Shown here: positions 1 to 8,214 of the stretch, one piece after another | Layout: each line of letters begins with the position of its first letter | Numbering within the stretch: position 1 is the stretch's first letter | DNA from: Planctomycetota bacterium | GTDB lineage: Bacteria > Planctomycetota > GCA-002687715 | Direction of reading: 5' to 3' | Length of the DNA: 64,000 nucleotides | Assembly (NCBI GenBank): GCA_009691765.1 | Contig: SIAO01000004.1 | Span: 85,419 to 149,418, forward strand | Translations under genes and position numbers: made by a program | Notes under the pieces: model-generated | What the model saw: the letters and a program-made list of their open reading frames with translations, nothing else | Told to the model about the DNA's origin: nothing | Database searches by the model: none

Positions 1-1528
1 CAGACTTGCCTGCCGGGTTGTTGATGCTCTCGAAGGAACCCGTGAAGAACGCGGAGGACTTCAAGCGTTCATGGAAAGTGTTGAAGCGCTGCAAGGGATC
101 GCCCTGGCGCTCCGCAAGGCAGTAGCCTTGGATGCTGACGATCTCTCCCGTGCTCTTGCGCCCAGCGGTCGCACGTGCGTCCTGCGCCTTCACGCTCAGA
201 GTATTCAGCCACATGCTAGCGCCAGCAGCATCCGACTCGCTCGTGACCTGCCACAGTTCATCCAGCTTGCGCGTCCAAGGCACGCGCGAAGAAGCGATCT
301 CGCGGATGATGCGCCCGCGCTCGTCGATGTCGCTCTTCTCGGCGCGTAGACCGGCGAGGTGTAGAAGCCGCGCTTCACGGCTCTTCACAACACGCAACAG
401 ATCCTGTTTGCGCTTGATGGCCGCCTCCAGCGGACCAAAACCACACATGACCCATGCCCCAGAGCTTGCCGTGACAAGCAGAAAAACCAGTGCACAGGCC
501 GCTACCGTTTTCGGTGACCAACGCCGAGCATTACGGCGAGACTCTGGCAGCAGATCCGGCGCACCAACTCCGCTGCCGCGCGCAAGTGCGAGTTTCGCAG
601 CGCCGACCGCGGCAACAAGCGCTGCACGATCTTGCGCCGAAAGCGCAGCTGCACTCCCTTGGCATTCAAGGCCTGCACAAGCGTCCATGAGATCCACGGG
701 CAAATGCAGCACCGTAGTGAGCTGCAGAGAGAGACCGGGTGCACTAGCGCCGTCACCTGCCAGCAACACGCGCGTTGTCGGCGGGGCGGATGTGCTGCTT
801 TGCGCAGTCAATAGAAGTTCCGCCTCTGCTGCGAGTTCCACGGCAACAGAACTGATGCACTCTGCTTGCGAGGCATCGGCGCCACTGCGGAGCGAGGCAA
901 ACGCTTGCTGCGGTGAGATAGAGCAAGCCGCGGCTGCAAGACGCGCCATTTCGGTCAAGCCCACGGAAAGGTGACGCGAGGCACACACTTTCCCAGCTTG
1001 CGCGAGAACCAATTCCGTTCCGTCGGCAGAGATTTCCACCAACAAGATCCGCTCCTGCCCGGGCGCTGCCGCGGCGAGTGCGAGGGAATGGGCCGTCACG
1101 AAAAGTGGCCGGAGTCCAGAGGATTCCGGACACGCGAGTGCCGTCTCGAGAATGGCGCGAGGAACCACGGCCACGCTATGTTGCCCAGAGGCGTCAAGAC
1201 AAGCGGCACCAGCCAGCTCATCCGCACCAAAAGGCAACTCCCGCGTCGCGAGATTGATGCCTGCTGATACAGGATCTTCGCCTAGAGCAATTTCAACGTG
1301 CTGCACCCATGCAGCTCCTTGGGGCAAGACCAGCGCACAGCGGCGCTCTTTCACGCCCGTGCCTTTCAAGAGCTCCTGAAGGACCGCGGCTGCATTGCTC
1401 TGCGCTGGCACAGCGCGGACGGCGGCCGCTGCAAGCACGAGGATTCCTCCTTGCTCACGCAGCTCTACGACCTTCACTGAGGCGGAGTCGGCATCGACGC
1501 TGACAAAAGACGAAGAACGCACAAACAT
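1..1528 (-). CDS. PilM/PilN-like (GspL-like) fused type IV pilus / T2SS inner-membrane assembly protein, 3' part outside window
   Basis: Not in the ORF track because there is no in-window stop. Manual translation of the minus strand from the ATG at 1528 gives more than 500 aa with no stop to position 1. The N-terminus VSVDADSASVKVVELREQGG matches the PilM actin-like fold. A TM segment and coiled-coil periplasmic part (PilN-like) follow. A perfect AAGGAG SD sits 5 nt upstream. Confidence 0.5.
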   Translation of the reverse strand, partial: MFVRSSSFVSVDADSASVKVVELREQGGILVLAAAAVRAVPAQSNAAAVLQELLKGTGVKERRCALVLPQGAAWVQHVEIALGEDPVSAGINLATRELPFGADELAGAACLDASGQHSVAVVPRAILETALACPESSGLRPLFVTAHSLALAAAAPGQERILLVEISADGTELVLAQAGKVCASRHLSVGLTEMARLAAAACSISPQQAFASLRSGADASQAECISSVAVELAAEAELLLTAQSSTSAPPTTRVLLAGDGASAPGLSLQLTTVLHLPVDLMDACAGLECQGSAAALSAQDRAALVAAVGAAKLALARGSGVGAPDLLPESRRNARRWSPKTVAACALVFLLVTASSGAWVMCGFGPLEAAIKRKQDLLRVVKSREARLLHLAGLRAEKSDIDERGRIIREIASSRVPWTRKLDELWQVTSESDAAGASMWLNTLSVKAQDARATAGRKSTGEIVSIQGYCLAERQGDPLQRFNTFHERLKSSAFFTGSFESINNPAGKS

Positions 1529-1660
1529 GAAGACTCCTTGCGCAACACAGCGGCGGAAAAAAATGCTGCGCGTGCAGTTCCTGCAGAGGTTCTTCGGACC
1601 CCACGGACGCGGGCTTGAACTGCTCCACGGCGCACCTTGGGTGCAACGAGCGTGCTGCGC

Positions 1661-3397
1661 TCAACCTCGGCGCGTGGCGCGCTTAGGGCGTTCACCGTGG
1701 AAGGCATCAAGCAGCTTGTCGGCCGCAAGCGGGCCGGGGGCGGCCAACATCGCTTCAGCGAGTTCCCTACAAGCCGGAACATTGCAGGCACGTGTCGCTT
1801 CAGCGATATCGCGCAAACGACTTGGCGCCATAGACAAGCTCGTGAAACCAAGTCCGATCAGCAATGGTGTGTAGCGACTCATCCCTGCCACTTCGCCACA
1901 AACCGTGATGCTCTTGCGCGCAGTGCGTGCGGCTTGGACAGCAAGTTGCATCAGTCTCAGCACACCAGGATGGTGCGGCACAAAGAGAGCCGCAACTTCC
2001 GGATTCGTACGGTCTACTGCGAGCGCATACTGGATGAGGTCGTTACTTCCAATGCTCACAAAGTCAGCCTCGGCGAAAAGTGAATCCGCCAAGAGCGCCG
2101 TAGCAGGGAGTTCCAACATGGCGCCGACAGGCAAGTCCTCGCGAAAAGGCAAACCCTCGCGGCGAAGCTCTTCCATGGCGTCGCGCAATGCTGCTCGCGC
2201 GCGACCGAACTCTTCAACATCTGTAACCATGGGGAACAGAACTTTGGCATTGCCATGCACGCCGGCGCGCAGCAACGCGCGCAACTGAGTCTTGAAGATG
2301 TCGCCGTAGGCGAAGCTCAAACGCAGTGAACGCAATCCGAGGGCCGGATTCGGTTCACGCCCCGCTTGAATGCGCGGATCCCACTTGTCGGATCCGAAGT
2401 CCATCGTGCGAATCACCACAGGGCGCGGCGCCATGGAGCGCAAGAGTCGCGCATAGTGCTGCAACTGCATATCTTCGCTGGGAGCATGCTCGCGTCCAAG
2501 AAAGAGATACTCCGTGCGGTGCAGGCCGATGCCGGACACACCGAGAGATTTGAGCTCGCGCGCTCCAAGATCGGAATCGATGTTGCCGTGCAACTCGATC
2601 TGCGTGCCATCGCGCGTGCACGCCTCGCCCACTTCGCCGTGCGCCTTCTGCTGCAAGCGACGCATGCGCGACTGAGCATTGCGCAAGGTGGCAGCGTCGG
2701 GGGCCACCACAAGATCGCCAAAGAATCCGTCCACAATCACGGTCGCACCAGCAGTCACGGTGCCGAGCGCAGAACCAAGCCCCACCAAAGCTGGGATTCC
2801 AAGGTGACGCGCCAAAATGGCCGTGTGCGAAGCTGGACCGCCGTGAGCCGTCGCAAAACCTACGACGCGACTGCGATCGAGCGATGCCGCCTGCGTTGGG
2901 GTCAAGTCGTCCGCGATGATGACGCTGTTCTTGGGCAACTTGTTCGCGAGCGTGAGCGCAGCCACGCCCTGCAGACGTTCCACAAGACGCCTTTGAATGT
3001 CGAGCAAATCTGGAATGCGGCTCGGCAACGGCTCCGGAAGGCCTCGCAGCTCATCGGTAAGCGCCCGAAAATGGCGCACCACTGCTGAAGCGGCTTCACT
3101 GCGGTCCTCGCTGATCAAGCGCCGGATGGGGCGAAGAATTGAGATCTCGTCTCCGAGAAAGGCGAGGTAGGTGTTGATGATCTCGCTGACATCACCGAGG
3201 GCGGCACGCGTGGCTTCCTTGAGCGTCTCGATCTCCGCAGCCACCGCCACTACGGCAGCATCGAAACGTGCCAACTCTCGCGGCACTTGGCCCCGCGACA
3301 CTTGAACTTCTGGAACCTCGCGATCGACGGAACCAACGATCACCGCCACGCCGCGCGCGATGCCGTCAGAAACTGTTATGCCCTTGAGGCGTTCCAT
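1661..3397 (-). CDS. ptsI: phosphoenolpyruvate-protein phosphotransferase (PTS enzyme I)
   Basis: GGPASHTAILAR active-site His motif and GSNDLIQY. Standard EI size with no GAF domain. Likely start MERLKGITVSDG at 3397, 4 nt after the ptsH stop. The maximal ORF extends to 3427. Confidence 0.9.
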   Translation of the reverse strand: MERLKGITVSDGIARGVAVIVGSVDREVPEVQVSRGQVPRELARFDAAVVAVAAEIETLKEATRAALGDVSEIINTYLAFLGDEISILRPIRRLISEDRSEAASAVVRHFRALTDELRGLPEPLPSRIPDLLDIQRRLVERLQGVAALTLANKLPKNSVIIADDLTPTQAASLDRSRVVGFATAHGGPASHTAILARHLGIPALVGLGSALGTVTAGATVIVDGFFGDLVVAPDAATLRNAQSRMRRLQQKAHGEVGEACTRDGTQIELHGNIDSDLGARELKSLGVSGIGLHRTEYLFLGREHAPSEDMQLQHYARLLRSMAPRPVVIRTMDFGSDKWDPRIQAGREPNPALGLRSLRLSFAYGDIFKTQLRALLRAGVHGNAKVLFPMVTDVEEFGRARAALRDAMEELRREGLPFREDLPVGAMLELPATALLADSLFAEADFVSIGSNDLIQYALAVDRTNPEVAALFVPHHPGVLRLMQLAVQAARTARKSITVCGEVAGMSRYTPLLIGLGFTSLSMAPSRLRDIAEATRACNVPACRELAEAMLAAPGPLAADKLLDAFHGERPKRATRRG

Positions 3398-3401
3398 GCG
3401 C

Positions 3402-3677
3402 TCACTCGCCGAAGCCACTGCCCACAAGTGTCGTCAACGCCTGCACGGCTGCATCAGCATCCATGCCGCTAGCCTCAAACGCGAGCAATGTGCCCCGCGG
3501 TGACGCGAGCATCAGCACTTCCATAATGCTCTTGCAATCGGCGCTGCGCTCGCCCACGCGCATCGTGACCACCGCCTGAAAGCGATTGGCCGTGCGCACG
3601 ATCATGGCGGAAGGACGTGCATGGAGACCCTGCTCGTTAGGCAGCGTCACGCTGGCGCGAACCAAGGGGGCGCTCAT
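3402..3677 (-). CDS. ptsH: phosphocarrier protein HPr/NPr
   Basis: GLHARPSA His15 motif, about 90 aa. Internal ATG at 3677 (MSAPLVRASVTL). ATGA overlap with the upstream yvcK-like stop. Confidence 0.85.
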   Translation of the reverse strand: MSAPLVRASVTLPNEQGLHARPSAMIVRTANRFQAVVTMRVGERSADCKSIMEVLMLASPRGTLLAFEASGMDADAAVQALTTLVGSGFGE

Positions 3678-4639
3678 GCACAGCTCTCCTGCGAAATGGC
3701 AAGCACTTCGGCAGCGAGACGTTCGCTGTCGTGGCGCACCATGCCACCAGGCAGCACCATGGACAATGGCCGCACCAAGAGCGGCACACCACAGCACGTG
3801 ATGGCCCCTCCGGGCGGCACCACTGGCGCGGCCCCGCTCTCGGCATAGCGCTCAAGAGCCTCTGTCGGCAATTGCGTGGACGAAGCCAACACCAAATCAA
3901 GGCGCTTCAAACCGGAGATCAGCATGAGGCTTTTCACATGCCGTTCGAGATCGAACCCATCAGTCTCACCGGGCTGAGTCATGATGTTGGCGACGAGGAC
4001 CACGCGGCCGCTGCAAGCGCTGAGAGCTTCCACCATGCCGGGTACAAGCAAGTTGGGCAGAATGCTTGTGTAGAGACTTCCCGGACCGAGCACCACGACT
4101 GAAGCTGAACGGATGCGTTCAGCCAACATCTCGTCGAGCATCGGCGGCAAGGGACGCAGTTCCATGTGCACAATCGGCTTGGCTGAACGCGAGATGGATT
4201 GTTCTCCCGTCGACTTGCTGCCATCGGTGTGGAGCGCCACCAGAACCACGCGCGTTTCTGTGCTCGGCAAAACTTCACCGGCACACTGCAGAATGGCGCC
4301 CGCCTGTTGCAGTGCCTGCGGAAAGCTGCCCGAGAGCTGCGTGATCACAGCGAGCATGAGATTGCCGAAAGAGTGGCCGCGCAAAATGGAATCCGTGAAG
4401 CGGTAGCTGAACATGTCTTGCAGCAACGCATCGCCTGTAGCGAGCGCGACGAGACAATTCCGCGCATCGCCAGGCGCGAGCATCTGATAGTCCTTGCGCA
4501 AGCGCCCGCTCGAGCCACCGTCATCAGCAACTGTCACGATGGCTGTGATCTCACGCGTGTGAGACTTAAGCCCGCGCAGGCACGCGGTAATGCCCGTGCC
4601 CCCACCAATCACTACGATGCGCGCGCTGCTGCGTGGCAC
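3674..4639 (-). CDS. YvcK/CofD-family gluconeogenesis factor-like protein (UPF0052)
   Basis: IVVIGGGTG and VTVADDGGSSGRLR motifs. Probable GTG start at 4639, 7 nt after the ptsN stop. The maximal ORF to 4723 would overlap ptsN by 78 nt. Confidence 0.75.
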   Translation of the reverse strand: MPRSSARIVVIGGGTGITACLRGLKSHTREITAIVTVADDGGSSGRLRKDYQMLAPGDARNCLVALATGDALLQDMFSYRFTDSILRGHSFGNLMLAVITQLSGSFPQALQQAGAILQCAGEVLPSTETRVVLVALHTDGSKSTGEQSISRSAKPIVHMELRPLPPMLDEMLAERIRSASVVVLGPGSLYTSILPNLLVPGMVEALSACSGRVVLVANIMTQPGETDGFDLERHVKSLMLISGLKRLDLVLASSTQLPTEALERYAESGAAPVVPPGGAITCCGVPLLVRPLSMVLPGGMVRHDSERLAAEVLAISQESCA

Positions 4640-4644
4640 GCCAC

Positions 4645-5112
4645 TCAGCCTTCCGCGGCCGCCTCCGCGAGCGCGTCGTAGATGGCATTCGTGTCTTGAG
4701 CAGTGAGAATAAGCTTGCGCCAAGTTTGATTGCGGATCGCTCCAGCGAGGAACGCCAAGAGCTTCAGGTATTCATCGCGGAGCGACTCAGGCCCTGCGAG
4801 GCAGATCAAGATGCGCGTGCGATCGCCGTCGAGGGCGCCGAAGTCCACGCCAGAAGGATGGCGCGCCACGAGCATGTGAATGCGCCGCAAAGAAGGATGA
4901 AACACATGCGGCAGCGCAACTCCGAATCCGAAGGCGGTCGTGCCGCGCTTCTCGCGCTGCAAGTAGGACGCCGCAACAGCATCGGAGAACTCAGGATCCG
5001 TTGCGCCACTTCGCGCCAATGCTGCAGCGACTTCTCCGAACACCTGCTCACGAGTTGATCCCGCGAGCCGCTCGATCCCCTGACGCTCAGCGACAATTGC
5101 ATCCAAATTCAT
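4645..5112 (-). CDS. ptsN: PTS IIA-Ntr nitrogen regulatory protein
   Basis: Fructose/mannitol-type EIIA with the GVALPH phosphorylation His. Start MNLDAIV; the ORF track extends to 5175. Confidence 0.8.
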   Translation of the reverse strand: MNLDAIVAERQGIERLAGSTREQVFGEVAAALARSGATDPEFSDAVAASYLQREKRGTTAFGFGVALPHVFHPSLRRIHMLVARHPSGVDFGALDGDRTRILICLAGPESLRDEYLKLLAFLAGAIRNQTWRKLILTAQDTNAIYDALAEAAAEG

Positions 5113-5228
5113 CCATGCACCTCGCGCCGTGGTCCGGCTAATGATGCCTAGCACAAACTGGCTAAGCCCTGACACGGCGTTGCACGCTAAGCCAAGGCCC
5201 GCCCACGCTCAAGCGGGGCACAAGTGCC

Positions 5229-5525
5229 CTACGGGCGATGGTCGACGAGCCGGTCCTTGAAAGCGCGAATCTGCGCAGCCAACTTCGCTTCAACGCTATC
5301 GATCACAGCACGCACAACTTCGCCTTCAGCGTGCGCAACGAAACTATGCCCCCTGGGCCCATGCACGATGGCCTCAACGCGTTGGTTTGTCTTGGTCACA
5401 TCGACCACCACTTCTGCATACTCCAGTCGTTCCGAAAGGTGCAGCGTCTTTTCCAGCTTCGCGCAAATGTAGTCGCGCACATCGTCGTCCAGATGCTGGT
5501 GGCGCCCGGTGATCTTAATCTGCAT
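5229..5525 (-). CDS. hpf: ribosome hibernation promoting factor (sigma-54 modulation protein)
   Basis: MQIKITGRH...VRDYI, the classic RaiA/HPF N-terminus. Sits immediately upstream of ptsN. Confidence 0.85.
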   Translation of the reverse strand: MQIKITGRHQHLDDDVRDYICAKLEKTLHLSERLEYAEVVVDVTKTNQRVEAIVHGPRGHSFVAHAEGEVVRAVIDSVEAKLAAQIRAFKDRLVDHRP

Positions 5526-5647
5526 GCATGCGTCCTTTGCCGACATCAGCGGCTGAAGAAGTTTCCTCTCGAAATGCCTGCGCTATTGAGTGCTAACCCA
5601 TCTGCGATTCCTGCCATGCCTATGTACGGCCGCGAGTGCAGGAGTGC

Positions 5648-6454
5648 TTAAGCCGAATCCTCGGATTCAGGAGGAGTCCTTGGCAAGTCGTGAACTTCAG
5701 AGCTGCTGTAGTTGACCTCGACAAGAGCTAGGCCATGAGGAGGAACCGTGAAACCTGCTGCCTCGCGCGGCGCGCCTTGCAAAAGGTCCGCGATACAGCT
5801 TTCAGGGCGACGGCCTAACCCCACCTCTATAAGCGTTCCAGTGATGATGCGCACCATGTTGTAGAGAAAACCGGTTCCCGTGACATCGACGTGCAACACC
5901 ACGCCATTCTTTGTCACGGAAGCACTCAAGATGGTGCGGACACAGTTCCTCTTGCGTGGCGTTTCTTTAACGAAGGCCGCGAAATCATGCTTTCCGACAA
6001 GTGCCCGAGCCGCACGCTGCATGGCGGCGACATCCAACTTCTGCGCATAGTGAAAACTGGTGCGGCGCAACAGCGGGTGGCGCGCATGGTCATTCACAAT
6101 GGTGTAGCGATAGCGCTTCGACTTTGCGCTCTTGCGTGCATGAAACCCGTCATCGACGATTTCCACGGAAAGTACCGCCACATCCTCCGGCAGCAGCGCA
6201 TTGAGGCTCAGACGCAGCCTTATGGGAACGACGCGCTTGCTGAGCTTCACGCTCGCCACTTGGCCCCAGGCGTGCACGCCGGCATCAGTACGACCCGAAG
6301 CCTCCACATGCACTTGCTCGCGAGTGATGGTGTGCAAGGCCTCTTCGAGCAGCGCTTGAACGGACATCCCATTCGCTTGGCGCTGCCAACCCACGAAACG
6401 GGTTCCGTCGTACTGAATGACGAGCTTGAGGGTGTACTGAGTCGAAGCGCTCAT
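5648..6454 (-). CDS. truA: tRNA pseudouridine(38-40) synthase
   Basis: RTDAGVHA catalytic Asp motif and YDGT. ATG at 6454 overlaps the upstream stop (ATGA). Confidence 0.85.
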   Translation of the reverse strand: MSASTQYTLKLVIQYDGTRFVGWQRQANGMSVQALLEEALHTITREQVHVEASGRTDAGVHAWGQVASVKLSKRVVPIRLRLSLNALLPEDVAVLSVEIVDDGFHARKSAKSKRYRYTIVNDHARHPLLRRTSFHYAQKLDVAAMQRAARALVGKHDFAAFVKETPRKRNCVRTILSASVTKNGVVLHVDVTGTGFLYNMVRIITGTLIEVGLGRRPESCIADLLQGAPREAAGFTVPPHGLALVEVNYSSSEVHDLPRTPPESEDSA

Positions 6455-7170
6455 GCGCTGCCTGAAGCAGGATTCGAGAACTGCGCACCGCGCGTGATGC
6501 AACTTTGCAAACGCCGTTGCTCAACGCCAGTGCCGCGCAAATCGGCTTCCGTGAAATCGCTGTCAGCGAAGACAGTCGCTTCACAAATGGCGCCACCAAA
6601 GTTGCAGCGTGGCGCATCGCTTTCGCGAATCTCAGCATTCGTGAGATCGGCATCGGAAAAGTCTGCTGCTGCAAGGCGGCATCCGAGAATACGCACATCG
6701 GCAAGAATGGCTCCGGCACAACAAGCACGTTCGAGACTCGCTTCTTCGAGAATACAGCCCGACAGGTCGGCACTGGTGAAGTCTGCGCCTTCCGCCTTCG
6801 CACCGCGCAGCGAGCACGCCGTCAGCGTTGAACCACGAAAGCTCGCGCCCTCGAGCAGCGCGTCGGAGAGCAGCGTCTGCTCAATCAATGCATGCGAAAA
6901 CTGAGCCCCTCGAGCGCGCACGCCGCCAAGGTCTGACTCCCTGAGCACCACCATCTCAAGGGTCGCGCCTTCAAGATTCGCACCTCTCAAGCGCGTGTTG
7001 TGCATCAAGGCTCGCGTGAACAACGCCTCACGCAGATCGACCCCGGAGAGGTCTTGTTGTGAGAGATCCAAGTGACGCAAATCGGCGCCGACAAGATCCA
7101 ACTTGGAAAGTTGCCCCTTCTGGGCAAGACAGGCTTCGATTTCGCTGCGGCTGGCTGGCATGGTCAGCAT
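6451..7170 (-). CDS. pentapeptide repeat protein
   Basis: Tandem A(D/N)LxGA(N/D)L-type pentapeptide repeats throughout the protein. Confidence 0.7.
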   Translation of the reverse strand: MLTMPASRSEIEACLAQKGQLSKLDLVGADLRHLDLSQQDLSGVDLREALFTRALMHNTRLRGANLEGATLEMVVLRESDLGGVRARGAQFSHALIEQTLLSDALLEGASFRGSTLTACSLRGAKAEGADFTSADLSGCILEEASLERACCAGAILADVRILGCRLAAADFSDADLTNAEIRESDAPRCNFGGAICEATVFADSDFTEADLRGTGVEQRRLQSCITRGAQFSNPASGSA

Positions 7171-7233
7171 GGTATCCAGCCTACGTGCGCACTACAGGCT
7201 CACCGCGCTGCAGGTAGGCCCGCGCTGACCCTG

Positions 7234-8142
7234 TCACACATTGATCCATCGAGCGGCTTCTAACCATGCGGTCATGCTTGGCAGGATCCGCAGGAAGCCG
7301 CTGAAATGCGGCTCGGACAGCGCCGGCTTCACGGCTGCGCCTTTGCGATGCTCTTTGAAGAAACGGACCATGAGCGCTGAAGCATCCTTGGCATAGACAT
7401 GCGTGCCCGGGTGAATGAAAGCAACGAAATCCGCACTGCCTCCCGGATAGCGCAGTGCGCCTGGCGCCCATTCCTCGCCCTTCTGCGCACAGCAGAAAGT
7501 CTTGCGCAGAGTGCGCATGGACCGGGCTTGGCGCGCGAAAGACACAGTGTTGTCTTTGCTGCCGGCAACGTGCAACACAGCGACAGGCACGGTCACGGGT
7601 GCTTGACCGAGGGCGCCAATCGTCGCAGCGCTCGGTGCAATCGAGGCCAGATCCCCGCCACGCGCTTGCATCAGCAAATAGGCAAAAGCGCCACCATTCG
7701 AATGTCCCATGACGTGAAGCGCCGCTGGATCGAGCCAACCGCTGTTCGCAAAATCTGTGCGCAACTTGTCGAAAAACTTCAGGTCGCGATCTTCGTAACT
7801 ACCGCGATGCAACTGCCATCCCGCACCTTCGCCTTTCGGGTCAAAGGATGAAATCGTGAGCAGTCCCTGCGGATACACCACCAACGCTTCAGGCCAGAGT
7901 TTGTGCAGTCCGAAAGATCGCGCTGCTTGAGCTGATGATCCGAAGTGGCCGTGGTAGGCAAAGACGATGGGACCTATGCGGGCCTCGCCAGAAGGCATGT
8001 ATACGAGCGCTCGGCGTTTGATGCCATCGACATCCCACTCGCACTGCACGCCTTCGCGTTCCGTCTGCGCTGGCAGAATCGTGAGCAGAAGAAACAGAAT
8101 CGCGAAAGCCCTCAAGCACGGCTGCATCGGTATTCCTCGCAA
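7234..8142 (-). CDS. secreted alpha/beta-hydrolase esterase (PHB depolymerase / LpqC-like family)
   Basis: N-terminal signal peptide, GHSNGG nucleophile elbow and a HVAGSKDNTV acid region. Confidence 0.65.
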   Translation of the reverse strand: MRGIPMQPCLRAFAILFLLLTILPAQTEREGVQCEWDVDGIKRRALVYMPSGEARIGPIVFAYHGHFGSSAQAARSFGLHKLWPEALVVYPQGLLTISSFDPKGEGAGWQLHRGSYEDRDLKFFDKLRTDFANSGWLDPAALHVMGHSNGGAFAYLLMQARGGDLASIAPSAATIGALGQAPVTVPVAVLHVAGSKDNTVSFARQARSMRTLRKTFCCAQKGEEWAPGALRYPGGSADFVAFIHPGTHVYAKDASALMVRFFKEHRKGAAVKPALSEPHFSGFLRILPSMTAWLEAARWINV

Positions 8143-8214
8143 ACGGTCGAACGCAGTTCCAACACTTATACACGCAGCTTGAGCAAACCTGCCTATGGCG
8201 CTCGACTCCGCTGG

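Noticed and set aside
71-1874. Plus-strand ORFs 71-349, 132-974, 971-1267, 1152-1379 and 1395-1874.
   Set aside because: They are Ala/Arg/Ser-rich low-complexity translations antisense to, or out of frame with, the minus-strand PilMN-like gene and the ptsI end. They have no RBS and no domain signal.
5526-5647. Possible sigma54 -24/-12 promoter (TGGCAG...GCA) upstream of hpf.
   Set aside because: The GG-to-GC spacing is 8 nt, not the canonical 10 nt, so I do not call it.
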